This document shows, piece by piece, positions 18,067 to 27,367 of a stretch of 28,641 nucleotides of DNA. Origin of the DNA: Kofleriaceae bacterium (GTDB taxonomy: Bacteria; Myxococcota_A; Polyangia; Haliangiales; Haliangiaceae). Position 1 is the stretch's first letter; each line of letters begins with the position of its first letter. Under the pieces are notes generated by a model. That model did no database searches. It had not been told where the DNA came from and saw only the letters and a list, made by a program, of their open reading frames with translations. Made by a program: the position numbers and the translations under genes. The DNA is taken from NCBI GenBank assembly GCA_965215005.1, contig CBDCCZ010000013.1:1-28641 (forward strand), read 5' to 3'.

Positions 18067-21000
18067 ATGAACGAGCTGACGGTTCTACGCGGCGCCAATC
18101 TGCAATGGACGATGCACCTCGAGCGCGTGTGGCGCGATGTGGACTATCACATCCCCGGCTTTCACGAGCACGTTCGCCAGCAAGTCCTCTACGAACTCGA
18201 AGCGCTCGCGGACGCAGACGATTCTCCTTTGGGTGTCGTCATCACGGGGGAGGCAGGCTCGGGAAAGACCCATCTCGTTGGCTCCATCCGCAGTGCGTGC
18301 GCCGCAAGCCATGCCTATTTCGTGCTCGTCGACATGACCGACGTTCGCGACTTTTGGGAAACCGTGCTGCTCGGATATCTCAAGTCGCTGCAGCGCGAGC
18401 AAAGCTCGGGGCAGCCGCAGTTCCACCGGTTGCTCGCGAGCCTCCCCGGAGTCTCAGTCGAGCCCGAGAAACTCGCCAATCTCCGGCCGCCGCGCCTCAT
18501 CAACGTCACCGATAAGCTCATCCGCGACGTCGGGCGCGGCGCGCACAATCAGCGCATGCTCGAGCATCGTGACGTCTTGCGGGCGCTGGTGCTCTTGGCT
18601 TCCAGCGAGATGCAAATCCAGGCGGTGGGATTCGACTGGCTGCAAGCAACCGGCATCAGTGAAAGTCAGGCGCTCCTTCAGGGCTTCAGTCAGGCGCAGC
18701 CGCATCCGCAAAGCGTGGTGCGAGGTCTCTCTTGGCTGATGAGCTTATCGGGGGCTACCGTGCTGGCTTTCGATCAGCTCGACGCGATCGTCGCCGAGCA
18801 CAACCTCGCGGCCGGTGTCGACGTGAGCGAGATGGCTCCTGGTCTCGCCGCCCGGGTGCGCCTTTCCCAGTCGATCATCGAGGGAATTGGCCGCGGCTTC
18901 ATGGAGCTTCGCGATACCGCCAGCCGTACTCTCATGGTGGTCTCGAGCCTGCAGTCGACGTGGGATATCCTCAAGAAGACCTCGGGTCGAGCCGCCGCCG
19001 ATCGGTTCGGCAGCGAGTACAACCTACAAGCCCAGGTTTCCTCTGAGCTGCAGCGTCTGCTCGTCGAACGCCGCATGGCGGCTACCTTCGCCAAGCATCA
19101 CTTCTCGCCCCCCTATCCGAGCTGGCCGTTTCGCCCAACGGCCTTCGAAGATGTACACCTCACGCCGCGGCTGCTCCTCAAGCGCTGCGACGAGCATCGT
19201 CGGCGCTGCTTACGAGAAGGCAAGATCAGCGAGCTAGAGGCGTTTCAAAGCAATGGCAGCAACGCGCCTGCCGCCGTAGACGACGACGCCATGAGCGCGC
19301 TCGATCAAGCGTATCGCGCAATGATGACCGAGGCACAACCAGCCGAAATTCTCGCGGAGAGTCGTGAAGACGAGCTCGGCGAGCTGGTAGGGAAGGTTGC
19401 TCGACTGATCCCCGAGCAGTACATCATCCCGGATTCACTCGACCTGTTCGTCGACGATCACTTCAAGAGCCGCCAGGCGTACGAGCCGCTGCACGTGCGA
19501 GTGCGCCTCGTCGACCATCGGCAAGATGATCGCGAGGAGCACTTATCGCTGCGGGTATTGCAGCGCGCGCACCACTTGGCGTTTCAAGCCCGGCTCCGCG
19601 CGGCCATCACTGAGTCGGGAATCGACGAAGGCCTCGATTTCCGTAAGCTGGTCATCCTGCGCCATGGCGAGGCGCCCCACGGCACCGTCACGATGCAGCT
19701 ACTCGACCGCCTAAATGCCCGCGGCGGCCAACTGGCTGCACTCGAAGAAATCGACAGCCGCCGATTGTGGGCGCTCAACGAGCTGCGCCGCAAGGCCCCA
19801 GCGCAGTGGCACGCGTGGCTGCAAATCCGCCGGCCGGTCAACGACATCGCCGCGCTCGAGCCGCTCACGCGCTGGGTGCACGGGTTGCTCGAGGACAAGC
19901 GGCCCGGCACGACGACGCAGCCGCCACCTCTTGCCGACAAGAGCACAATCGATAGCGAGCGCGACACGGATGCCAAACCTGTGCCCCCAGCGCGGGACCA
20001 ACCAATTGCCGCAACTGCGATGGACCCCACGCGCTTGCCGATTGGCAGCGCTTACGCGGGCAATCAACTGCTCAACCCGATCTTCTTCGAGACAGCAGCA
20101 CTCACCAAACACCTCGCCGTGCTCGCCGGCGCCGGCTCGGGTAAGACGGTGCTGGTGCGGCGTCTGATAGAAGAAGCCGCGCTCCGCGGTATCCCTTCGC
20201 TGGTGGTCGATATCGCCAACGACTTGGCGATGCTGGGTGATCCATGGCCCGAGCCGCCGCCGCAGTGGCACGAGGAAGACGCCGCCCTGGCCAAGCAATA
20301 TCGCGAGCGGGTGGACGTCCGCATTTTCACGCCCGGTCGCCAATCCGGCAATCCCATGGTGCTGCAGCCACTGCCCGACCTCTCCAGCGTGCGCGACGAC
20401 GCCCAGGAGCTCGACGCAGCTATCTCCATGGCTGCAGACAGCCTGCGCCCCATCGTCGTCACCGGTGGCGGACATGCGAAGTCGGTGCAGGAAGCCATTC
20501 TCCGCAACGCGCTCAACTTCCTCGCCCGCTCCGGGCAAAGCGACTTGAATAGCTTCGTCGAGCTCTTGAGCGACGTGCCGCCGGAGCTCGTCGAAGGCTA
20601 CAGGCGGGGCAGCGATCAGGCGCAGAAGATGAGCGAGGCATTACGCGCGCGCATGACTCTAGACCCGCTGCTCAAAAGCGAAGGCACGCCGCTCGATCCA
20701 GCGCTGCTCTTTGGCGGCAGCAAAGATGGTCGCACACGTGTCTCGGTGATCAATCTGGCTGGACTCGGCGGACTGGAAAGCCAGCAAAACTTCCTGAACC
20801 AGCTCACGATGACGCTGTTCTCGTGGGTAAAGAAGCATCCGCTGAGCTCGCAAACTGGGCTCGGCGGGTTGTTCGTCATCGATGAGGCCAAGGACTTCGT
20901 GCCCGCCAACAGAGCCACCATCTGCAGCCAAAGTATCATTCGCGGCGCAGCGCAGTTCCGCAAGTATGGCGTGGGGATGGTGATCGCCACGCAAGAGCCA

Positions 21001-21273
21001 AAGAGCATCGATCATCGAATCATCGCCAACTGCTCGAGCCAGATTTATGGCCGCGCCAACTCACCAGCGGCTATCGAGACGGTGCGCGACCTCATTCGCC
21101 AAAAGGGCGGCAGCGGCAACGACATCTCTCGCCTTCAGACCGGCCAGTTTTACGTCTACAGCGAAGGATTCCGTGCGCCCATCAAAGTGCAGTCGCGGCT
21201 GTGCCTCACTCATCACCCCAACAATCCCCCGAGCGCGGACTGGGTGGCCGAGCGCGCAGCTCGCGATGCCTGA
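18067..21273 (+). CDS. Large double-ATPase: N-terminal AAA+-like P-loop domain fused to C-terminal HerA/FtsK-superfamily (DUF87/DUF853-like) ATPase
   Basis: Walker A GEAGSGKT (18247-18270) with Walker B VLAFDQLD; second module KHLAVLAGAGSGKT (Walker A 20125-20148), VVDIAND, FVIDEAKDFVP, RKYG, IATQ. ATG lies 1 nt after the upstream stop. Confidence 0.9.
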   Translation: MNELTVLRGANLQWTMHLERVWRDVDYHIPGFHEHVRQQVLYELEALADADDSPLGVVITGEAGSGKTHLVGSIRSACAASHAYFVLVDMTDVRDFWETVLLGYLKSLQREQSSGQPQFHRLLASLPGVSVEPEKLANLRPPRLINVTDKLIRDVGRGAHNQRMLEHRDVLRALVLLASSEMQIQAVGFDWLQATGISESQALLQGFSQAQPHPQSVVRGLSWLMSLSGATVLAFDQLDAIVAEHNLAAGVDVSEMAPGLAARVRLSQSIIEGIGRGFMELRDTASRTLMVVSSLQSTWDILKKTSGRAAADRFGSEYNLQAQVSSELQRLLVERRMAATFAKHHFSPPYPSWPFRPTAFEDVHLTPRLLLKRCDEHRRRCLREGKISELEAFQSNGSNAPAAVDDDAMSALDQAYRAMMTEAQPAEILAESREDELGELVGKVARLIPEQYIIPDSLDLFVDDHFKSRQAYEPLHVRVRLVDHRQDDREEHLSLRVLQRAHHLAFQARLRAAITESGIDEGLDFRKLVILRHGEAPHGTVTMQLLDRLNARGGQLAALEEIDSRRLWALNELRRKAPAQWHAWLQIRRPVNDIAALEPLTRWVHGLLEDKRPGTTTQPPPLADKSTIDSERDTDAKPVPPARDQPIAATAMDPTRLPIGSAYAGNQLLNPIFFETAALTKHLAVLAGAGSGKTVLVRRLIEEAALRGIPSLVVDIANDLAMLGDPWPEPPPQWHEEDAALAKQYRERVDVRIFTPGRQSGNPMVLQPLPDLSSVRDDAQELDAAISMAADSLRPIVVTGGGHAKSVQEAILRNALNFLARSGQSDLNSFVELLSDVPPELVEGYRRGSDQAQKMSEALRARMTLDPLLKSEGTPLDPALLFGGSKDGRTRVSVINLAGLGGLESQQNFLNQLTMTLFSWVKKHPLSSQTGLGGLFVIDEAKDFVPANRATICSQSIIRGAAQFRKYGVGMVIATQEPKSIDHRIIANCSSQIYGRANSPAAIETVRDLIRQKGGSGNDISRLQTGQFYVYSEGFRAPIKVQSRLCLTHHPNNPPSADWVAERAARDA

Positions 21274-21303
21274 GCCGGCAGGCCCGCATGCACGCCCGAC
21301 TCG

Positions 21304-22080
21304 TCAGATCCGCAACGTGTCTTGCGCGCGCGGCGTCACCCTCACCTTGCCGCGGCCCGAACGCAAGAAGTAATACCCGCCAATCGCCAGCGCTGCGATG
21401 GAGAGTGCCGTGCACAGCCCACCCCAAACCCAGTAGGGCAACGCCAAGGCCATCTCCATCTGCTTGACGTCTGAGGGCATGCGGCCCTGCGTGGTATCGG
21501 CCCACTCGGTGAAGAGATAGTCGCTCCGCGCGTAGACGCTGAGCGCCAGCTGCACCGCGAGGAACACCACGGTCGCTTGCACCAGCGAAGCCGACCCACG
21601 CAGCGCGATGAACAGCGCCAACGCCGCTAAGATCCCTACGAACGCCAGGCCAAACCCATTACGAACCACGAATACCAACGCCACGGTCAGCGCTGCACCG
21701 AAGCCGGCTAAGCCGAGCCGCGCGGTTGAGGTTCGCCGCGCGAGCACGAACAAGATAGCCGCACACAGCGCCGGCCCCACCAAGCCACCAGCTGCGGTGA
21801 ACGACCGAGCAAATGCCCCATCGGCGCCGCTGTGCATGGCCACGCCCGAGCCGTTCCACCACATCTTGAACTCGTGGAAGTCGCCCCCTACGAGCAGCGC
21901 CGCAACCCCGTGCCCGAGCTCATGAACGAGCGTGGAGATGAGCAGCAGCGGGTAGGCCACCGTGTGTCCGTAAGGCACCACGAACAGCCCAACCGTTACC
22001 AGGACACTAATGATGAGCGTCCAGCGCGCGCGCCGGGCCACTTTCTGCTCAGTGCTATGTAAGGAACCGGCGGCTGTCAC
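21304..22080 (-). CDS. M50B-like membrane metallopeptidase
   Basis: HELGH (HExxH) within a TM segment, AGGLVGP motif, late SD motif, multiple TM helices. Confidence 0.88.
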   Translation of the reverse strand: MTAAGSLHSTEQKVARRARWTLIISVLVTVGLFVVPYGHTVAYPLLLISTLVHELGHGVAALLVGGDFHEFKMWWNGSGVAMHSGADGAFARSFTAAGGLVGPALCAAILFVLARRTSTARLGLAGFGAALTVALVFVVRNGFGLAFVGILAALALFIALRGSASLVQATVVFLAVQLALSVYARSDYLFTEWADTTQGRMPSDVKQMEMALALPYWVWGGLCTALSIAALAIGGYYFLRSGRGKVRVTPRAQDTLRI

Positions 22081-22135
22081 GCTCCTAAGCTAGCGCACGG
22101 CCTTCGCGCTGTCGAACCCGCCCTTGGCGCCCGGA

Positions 22136-22909
22136 TCAGCGGTGACCCGTGCTGCTCTCGGCAGCCTCTTCGACCCTGGCCTGCGCCAACGCCCGAGCGT
22201 ACGCACGACTCACCCACCAGAACGCGAGAATCAAAGCAGCGACCACCAGGCCAATGGCGCCATACTTGCCGACGGGATGCTGCTGCATGGTGCGCAATCC
22301 ACTCAGAGCCGCCTCGAAGTTGACTGCCGCAAAGGCCATCAACATGCCGCCGAGCAAACCGCCAGCGCTCACCGCGGCGATGACCGTGCGGCGCTCGAGA
22401 CCGAGCAGAATCCCCAAGAACGTCCCGACCATGGCGCCGGTGCCGGCGAACGGAAACAATACGAACAACACCACGCCGATCACGGCGGCGCGCCGGATCC
22501 GCGGATAGGCCCGCAACACCAACCGCGCATTGCTCTGGATATGGTGGAGCCAACGCTCGATACGGCGGCAGCGATAGAACACCTCGAGCCCGTACACCAC
22601 CACCAGAACCGTATAGGTATCGAGTAGCCAGACCACGACTCCGAGCTGCCATGGGCTGAAGTTGCTAGCGCCAGTAACGCCCCAAAGCGGCAGGAACTTA
22701 CCGGCCACGACGACCGAAACTGGAATGATGCCGAGCAGCTCGATGGTGGCGTTTGGCGCGTAGATAAGCCCCAGCACCAGCGCCACGCCCACCAGCCCGG
22801 CGGCAATTCCCATCACGAAAAGACGCTCACGCCAACCAGCCGCCAAGTCGGCGGCAGGTGGCGCAACCAAGGCGGCTGTGGCGTGGGAGGTATGCGTTGA
22901 ATCGCTCAC
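22136..22909 (-). CDS. Putative small multi-drug export family membrane protein
   Basis: [27 protein letters not shown] signature; several TM helices. Confidence 0.78.
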   Translation of the reverse strand: MSDSTHTSHATAALVAPPAADLAAGWRERLFVMGIAAGLVGVALVLGLIYAPNATIELLGIIPVSVVVAGKFLPLWGVTGASNFSPWQLGVVVWLLDTYTVLVVVYGLEVFYRCRRIERWLHHIQSNARLVLRAYPRIRRAAVIGVVLFVLFPFAGTGAMVGTFLGILLGLERRTVIAAVSAGGLLGGMLMAFAAVNFEAALSGLRTMQQHPVGKYGAIGLVVAALILAFWWVSRAYARALAQARVEEAAESSTGHR

Positions 22910-23040
22910 GGAGATTGCTCACTGTCTCAACGCCGGTGACGCGGGCTCTATTGCTGAGCATAGCGAGGCCGCACCGCCGAACCAGAGCCGCGCGCAAAAA
23001 CCTTCATCACCGTCATTGGCCGCGCTCCGGCGGGTGCGCT

Positions 23041-24921
23041 ATGACGCGACCGCGCATGCTTCTCTTTGCTCCCTTTCGCGTCCTCGGCGCGGCGCTCATT
23101 GCCATGTTCCTGGGGTTGGCGGGATGCGGCGCCGTGAGCGCTGCACCCAAGATCACGCCTCTGGGGCCGCCGTCGCTGCGCGGTGGCTCGCTCCTCGAGC
23201 AGCCCGCGGCGTTGCCCTACATCGGTCGCGGCGCCATCGCGGCGATCGCCGCGGCGCGTGGCGATGCGCTTGCCTCGCAGGCGCTGGCGCAGCTATGGCC
23301 AGCGTGGCGCGAAGCGCTCGCAGCGCTCGACGCGCTCGGCCCGGCAATCGCCGCGAATGCCCCCGTGGGGCTGGTGTACTTCGATCTCGAAGCCGGCAGC
23401 ACCGCCGCGTTTGCGACGCTGCGCGACCCGCAAGCGTTTGCGGAACATCTCGGCACCTCCAAGAGATGGCGACCGACGCGCGCCGGTGACGCGCGCATCT
23501 TTGCCGACCAGAAGGACTCACAGCGAGCGATCGTAGTTCGCGATCGCAACGTCTTTCTAATCACCAGCGCCGTCGAGAGTCGGCGCAGCCTCATCGCCAT
23601 CGACCTGGCGACCGCCGACAAACCCGAGATGCTCGCGCATTCGCCGGAGTTTCAGAAGTTGGTCGCGGAGCTGGGCTTTGGCACTGAAGTAGCCGGGTTC
23701 GCGGCTCTCGACGTGATTGGCGCCAGCGCAGCCGAAGCGGTTGCAGCGTGGGAGTTCGGGCTGGTCGATATCGTTAGCGGCGCCGCCCATCGCGTCGATG
23801 CCGCGAAAGCCCGCGGCGCCAGCCCCGCAGACCTTGCGCCGCTGCAGGCTGAGCTGCGTCGGCAAAATCAATGGCTCGAGCGAGCCCGCACTATCGCCGC
23901 CGCCGAGAAGACCTTGGCCACCGATGTGGTGAGCGCATTGGGCACGATCGTATTCGGTTTGGACACGACCGAAGGTCCGCTGCGCCTCAAGGCAATCACG
24001 TATCCGCGCGCGGGCTCGCTCGCCGACGAGCTCGTCGCCTCCAGCGCCACCGTCGAGCCGAGCTTGCCCGGTGCGCCGCTCGCGGCGACCGCGAGGCTCA
24101 CGCCAGCGACGCTGCGACGGGTGGTGCGGATCGCGTGGGCTGAGCTTGGCCTCGAACCAGCCGCTGCCGAACAGGCGGTCGCCGCGGCACTCGCGGTGCC
24201 GCCAAGCGATCTATGGGCGAGTTTCGATGGTCGAGTGGAGCTGGCCATCGCCGCCCAAGGGTTTTCGTTGCGGCTCGGCTTGATGCCAACTTCGGCCATC
24301 GCCGGCGAGCACGCGCTAGCCCTCGGCGAGCGATCGATAACGCTGCGTCGCGAGGGCGAGCAGCTGGTGGTGCAGCTCGGTCAAGACCTCGCGAGTGCGC
24401 CTCAACCGGCCGCGTTGCCCGCGGGACGACCGTCGCTGCTGCTGGCGGTCACGGCGGAGTGGCTAGCGCCAGCCACCGACGCCGCAGAGGCCGCGCCGCC
24501 GACGCCGCTTCGCGACGACAACGACGATGTGCCGTTCTCCGACCAATATCTGCGTATCGAGAATGAGCTCGGTACCATCGATAAGAGCATCGTCACCGCT
24601 TCTGCGCAGCTGGCCCAGCTGCGAGCAGCCCACGAGCGCGCCGCGGCGACGGCACTGGGGGCACTGGTGCTCGCGGCGGAGCGCGACGGCGCCGCTTTGC
24701 TGGTGTATGGCGGCTTGCGCGCGAGGCGCGGTGGCGTGGCGCAAATGCTTCAACAGGCGGATGCGGAGCGCAAGCGGTTGGCCAAGCAGCTCGATGCGGC
24801 GGCGAATGCGCTCACCACCGCTCGCGCCCAGCGTCGCGCGCTGTACGAGCAGCTGCTCGAAGTGCGAGTCAAAGACATCGAAGCGCACGATCGCGCCGCT
24901 GTGCCGCGAGGCAAGAAGTAA
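23041..24921 (+). CDS. Hypothetical Ala-rich lipoprotein with coiled-coil segments
   Basis: ATG 23041 gives a basic N-region, hydrophobic core and lipobox LAG-C. The track start (22858) would overlap the divergent gene. Confidence 0.75.
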   Translation: MTRPRMLLFAPFRVLGAALIAMFLGLAGCGAVSAAPKITPLGPPSLRGGSLLEQPAALPYIGRGAIAAIAAARGDALASQALAQLWPAWREALAALDALGPAIAANAPVGLVYFDLEAGSTAAFATLRDPQAFAEHLGTSKRWRPTRAGDARIFADQKDSQRAIVVRDRNVFLITSAVESRRSLIAIDLATADKPEMLAHSPEFQKLVAELGFGTEVAGFAALDVIGASAAEAVAAWEFGLVDIVSGAAHRVDAAKARGASPADLAPLQAELRRQNQWLERARTIAAAEKTLATDVVSALGTIVFGLDTTEGPLRLKAITYPRAGSLADELVASSATVEPSLPGAPLAATARLTPATLRRVVRIAWAELGLEPAAAEQAVAAALAVPPSDLWASFDGRVELAIAAQGFSLRLGLMPTSAIAGEHALALGERSITLRREGEQLVVQLGQDLASAPQPAALPAGRPSLLLAVTAEWLAPATDAAEAAPPTPLRDDNDDVPFSDQYLRIENELGTIDKSIVTASAQLAQLRAAHERAAATALGALVLAAERDGAALLVYGGLRARRGGVAQMLQQADAERKRLAKQLDAAANALTTARAQRRALYEQLLEVRVKDIEAHDRAAVPRGKK

Positions 24922-25097
24922 ACCACGCCTCCTGCTCCAACTCGATGCGCCGACGTCTCGCCGGCAGCTACGATAGTCACTCCTTTGTCCGGCTCTTCGT
25001 ACGCATTGGCGCCGCAGTCTGCGGGGAAAGCCGAAGGCATGACCGCGAAGGCGGCATTGGTAGCCACCTCAGCCATTGCGATGCCCACGCAGCGCGC

Positions 25098-25113
25098 AGG
25101 CACGCCTCTTGCG
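25098..25113 (+). promoter_or_regulatory. Sigma-54 (-24/-12) promoter candidate
   Basis: AGGCACGCCTCTTGCG vs consensus TGGCACG-N4-TTGCW; GG(25099-25100)-N10-GC(25111-25112), just upstream of the lipoprotein gene. Confidence 0.65.
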
Positions 25114-25126
25114 AGGGCCGCGGCGC

Positions 25127-26575
25127 ATGCGGTTCGTAAGCTTGCTGTTTTTGATCCTCACCGTGAATAGCTGCACCGAGATGTCGCTACCCCACAAAGC
25201 GAACGAAGAAGACTCTCTCTTCGGTGACAAAGCCGATTCGTTCTATGAGCCCACCTTGCATGGTGCGCTCGACTTTCGTCACCTGCAGACCGCTGAGTTA
25301 TCCGCCGCCGAACGCTTTCATGCCTGGGACTTCACCCTCACGGATGCGGCGTTTCTATCATTAGAGACGCAGGCAACCTCTGACGGCGACGAAGTAGACA
25401 CGGTCATGTACCTCTATCGCCAGCGCGAAGATGGTCGCTGGGGCTCCTATATCGGCAAGAACGATGACGCCGGCTCGGTTAGGTCACGACTGCAACAAGA
25501 GCTTTCGGCCGGCTCGTATCGGCTGCTCATCAAGGGGCATCGGCGAGCCAGCCGTGGCAACTTCGCCTTGAGCGCCTACTGCGAAGGCCAGGGCTGCCCG
25601 AGCGCGCCGCCTGCGCCCGGCGACTGCCTATTTGGCGCCACCTATGGCGAGCTGTTGGACAATCCGGCGTTCGAGATCACCAGCAGTCGACGCATCACGG
25701 AAGCCACTCAACTTGGCGGCACCGAAGCCGCACAGCTCATTCGCGCCGTCCAGGAGGCCTATCTAGAAGTTGGCACCGCGGCCGACGCCATTGCCGCGGT
25801 CGATGGCGATGAGGTCAACGAAACGCGGCTCCGCTATCGAGCCACTGATGCAGGATTTGTCGCGTATGAGTACGGCGCCGGCGACAACTCCTATGGCGCG
25901 GTGTTCTTCGCCGCAAGCGACGAGCCAGCGGCGGTGATCAACGACCTGGATCTTTATGAGTGCGTTCCGCGGGTGCCCGAAGCGGGCGGCGCGCTCGGTG
26001 CAGACTGCGGCGGCGAGCTGTCCTGCGAAGATGGCCTGGTGTGTCGCGGGATTTCGGACTTTACAGGGGTTGGCTCGTGCGCACCGGCGGTCGATCCGGC
26101 CGGCACCGGCGCCACGTGCCTTGCCGATGCAGCTTGCGGCACCGACCTCGTCTGCGCTGGCCTCACGCGCACGCAGGAGGGGATCTGCGTGCCCAGCTGG
26201 ATGCGCCGCACCTTCGCCAACGCCGACTGGTCCTACCTGGCCGATGGCGCTCGGCTCGAACGTCAGCAGCTAGCGCATGGCCTAGCGACCGTCGACATGG
26301 ACGTCACGGTTCGCATCGAGTTGACCCACCCGCGCCCATCGGGCCTGCGAGTTTGGTTGCGCAACCCCCTCGGCAGTGGAGCGCTGGTGTTTGACGGCAG
26401 CGCAGGCAGCGCCTCGATCACCGGGGATGCGGTCGTCATCGACACCGCCGTGCTCGGCTTCTCCGGCGACGAGCCCGTCAATGGTCGCTGGACGCTCGTC
26501 GTAAACGACGAGGAAGATGGCGCCAGCGGCAACCTCGAGAGCTGGCAGCTAACCATCACCAGTCGCTGGGACTGA
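25127..26575 (+). CDS. Secreted protein/lipoprotein with PPC-like domain, Cys-rich linker and C-terminal proprotein-convertase P-domain
   Basis: MRFVSLLFLILTVNS-C signal, GDKADS motif, PPC-like VDTVMYLY...KNDDAG...AGSYRLLI, P-domain VRIELTHPRPSGLRVWLRNP...GDEPVNGRWTLVVND...GNLESWQLTI. Confidence 0.82.
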   Translation: MRFVSLLFLILTVNSCTEMSLPHKANEEDSLFGDKADSFYEPTLHGALDFRHLQTAELSAAERFHAWDFTLTDAAFLSLETQATSDGDEVDTVMYLYRQREDGRWGSYIGKNDDAGSVRSRLQQELSAGSYRLLIKGHRRASRGNFALSAYCEGQGCPSAPPAPGDCLFGATYGELLDNPAFEITSSRRITEATQLGGTEAAQLIRAVQEAYLEVGTAADAIAAVDGDEVNETRLRYRATDAGFVAYEYGAGDNSYGAVFFAASDEPAAVINDLDLYECVPRVPEAGGALGADCGGELSCEDGLVCRGISDFTGVGSCAPAVDPAGTGATCLADAACGTDLVCAGLTRTQEGICVPSWMRRTFANADWSYLADGARLERQQLAHGLATVDMDVTVRIELTHPRPSGLRVWLRNPLGSGALVFDGSAGSASITGDAVVIDTAVLGFSGDEPVNGRWTLVVNDEEDGASGNLESWQLTITSRWD

Positions 26576-26598
26576 GCTCTGCAAAACCGCTTCGCCTG

Positions 26599-27363
26599 AT
26601 GGACCTTTACACCGCGCTGATGTATGCGGCCCTGGTCGCGGCCGGTGTCGCCGCAGGTTTCATCAACACCATTGCCGGTGGCGGCTCGTTGCTCACGCTG
26701 CCGGCGCTGATGCTCACGGGCCTTCCAGCTGACGTCGCCAACGGCAGCAATCGCCTCGGCATCGTGAGCCAATCGCTCTCCGGCGTGGTCGGCTTCGACC
26801 GCGGCGGCGCGCTCGATCGCAGCGGCATCGCGGCAGTGCTCATTCCCACCGGCATCGGTTCCCTCGCCGGCGCCGTGGCCGCCGCACACGTACCGCCGGT
26901 AGTGCTCGAATACGTCCTGTTGGGCACCATGATCCTAATCGCTGCGGTGATGGCGCTGCGGCCGCAAGCCATCAACGCCGACGCCGGCTCGAAACCACGG
27001 TGGCAGACGCATCGTGGTCGCGCGATAGGCGGATTGTTTCTCGCCGGTCTCTATGGCGGATTCGTACAGGCTGGAGTTGGCTTCGTGTTGCTCACCATTT
27101 TGGGCGGCGTGTTGCGCTACGACGTCGCGCGCGCCAATGCTCTCAAGCTGGTATGCACCTTCGTCTTCGGTGCCGTCGCGCTGGCGGTGTTCATCGTCTT
27201 CAATCAAGTCGCGTGGGCGCCTGCCGCGCTCCTCGCCGTTGCCACCTTCGCAGGATCACAGCTCGGCGTGCGCTTTGCGCTGCGCGTGCACCACGGCGTG
27301 CTGCGCTGGATCATCCTCGCCGCGGTCGTAGCGATGTCCGTAGCCGCGTTGCTACAGCAATAA
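26599..27363 (+). CDS. TauE/SafE family sulfite exporter
   Basis: AGFINTIAGGGSLLTLPAL, ANGSNR, GLYGGFVQAGVG, ANALK; multi-TM. Confidence 0.92.
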   Translation: MDLYTALMYAALVAAGVAAGFINTIAGGGSLLTLPALMLTGLPADVANGSNRLGIVSQSLSGVVGFDRGGALDRSGIAAVLIPTGIGSLAGAVAAAHVPPVVLEYVLLGTMILIAAVMALRPQAINADAGSKPRWQTHRGRAIGGLFLAGLYGGFVQAGVGFVLLTILGGVLRYDVARANALKLVCTFVFGAVALAVFIVFNQVAWAPAALLAVATFAGSQLGVRFALRVHHGVLRWIILAAVVAMSVAALLQQ

Positions 27364-27367
27364 TGCG

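Noticed and set aside
16240..21273. Calling the operon BREX, a restriction-modification system or a conjugative VirB4/TraD module
   Set aside because: No PglZ, methyltransferase, specificity subunit, relaxase or T4SS genes in the window, and no TM anchor evident in the ATPase.
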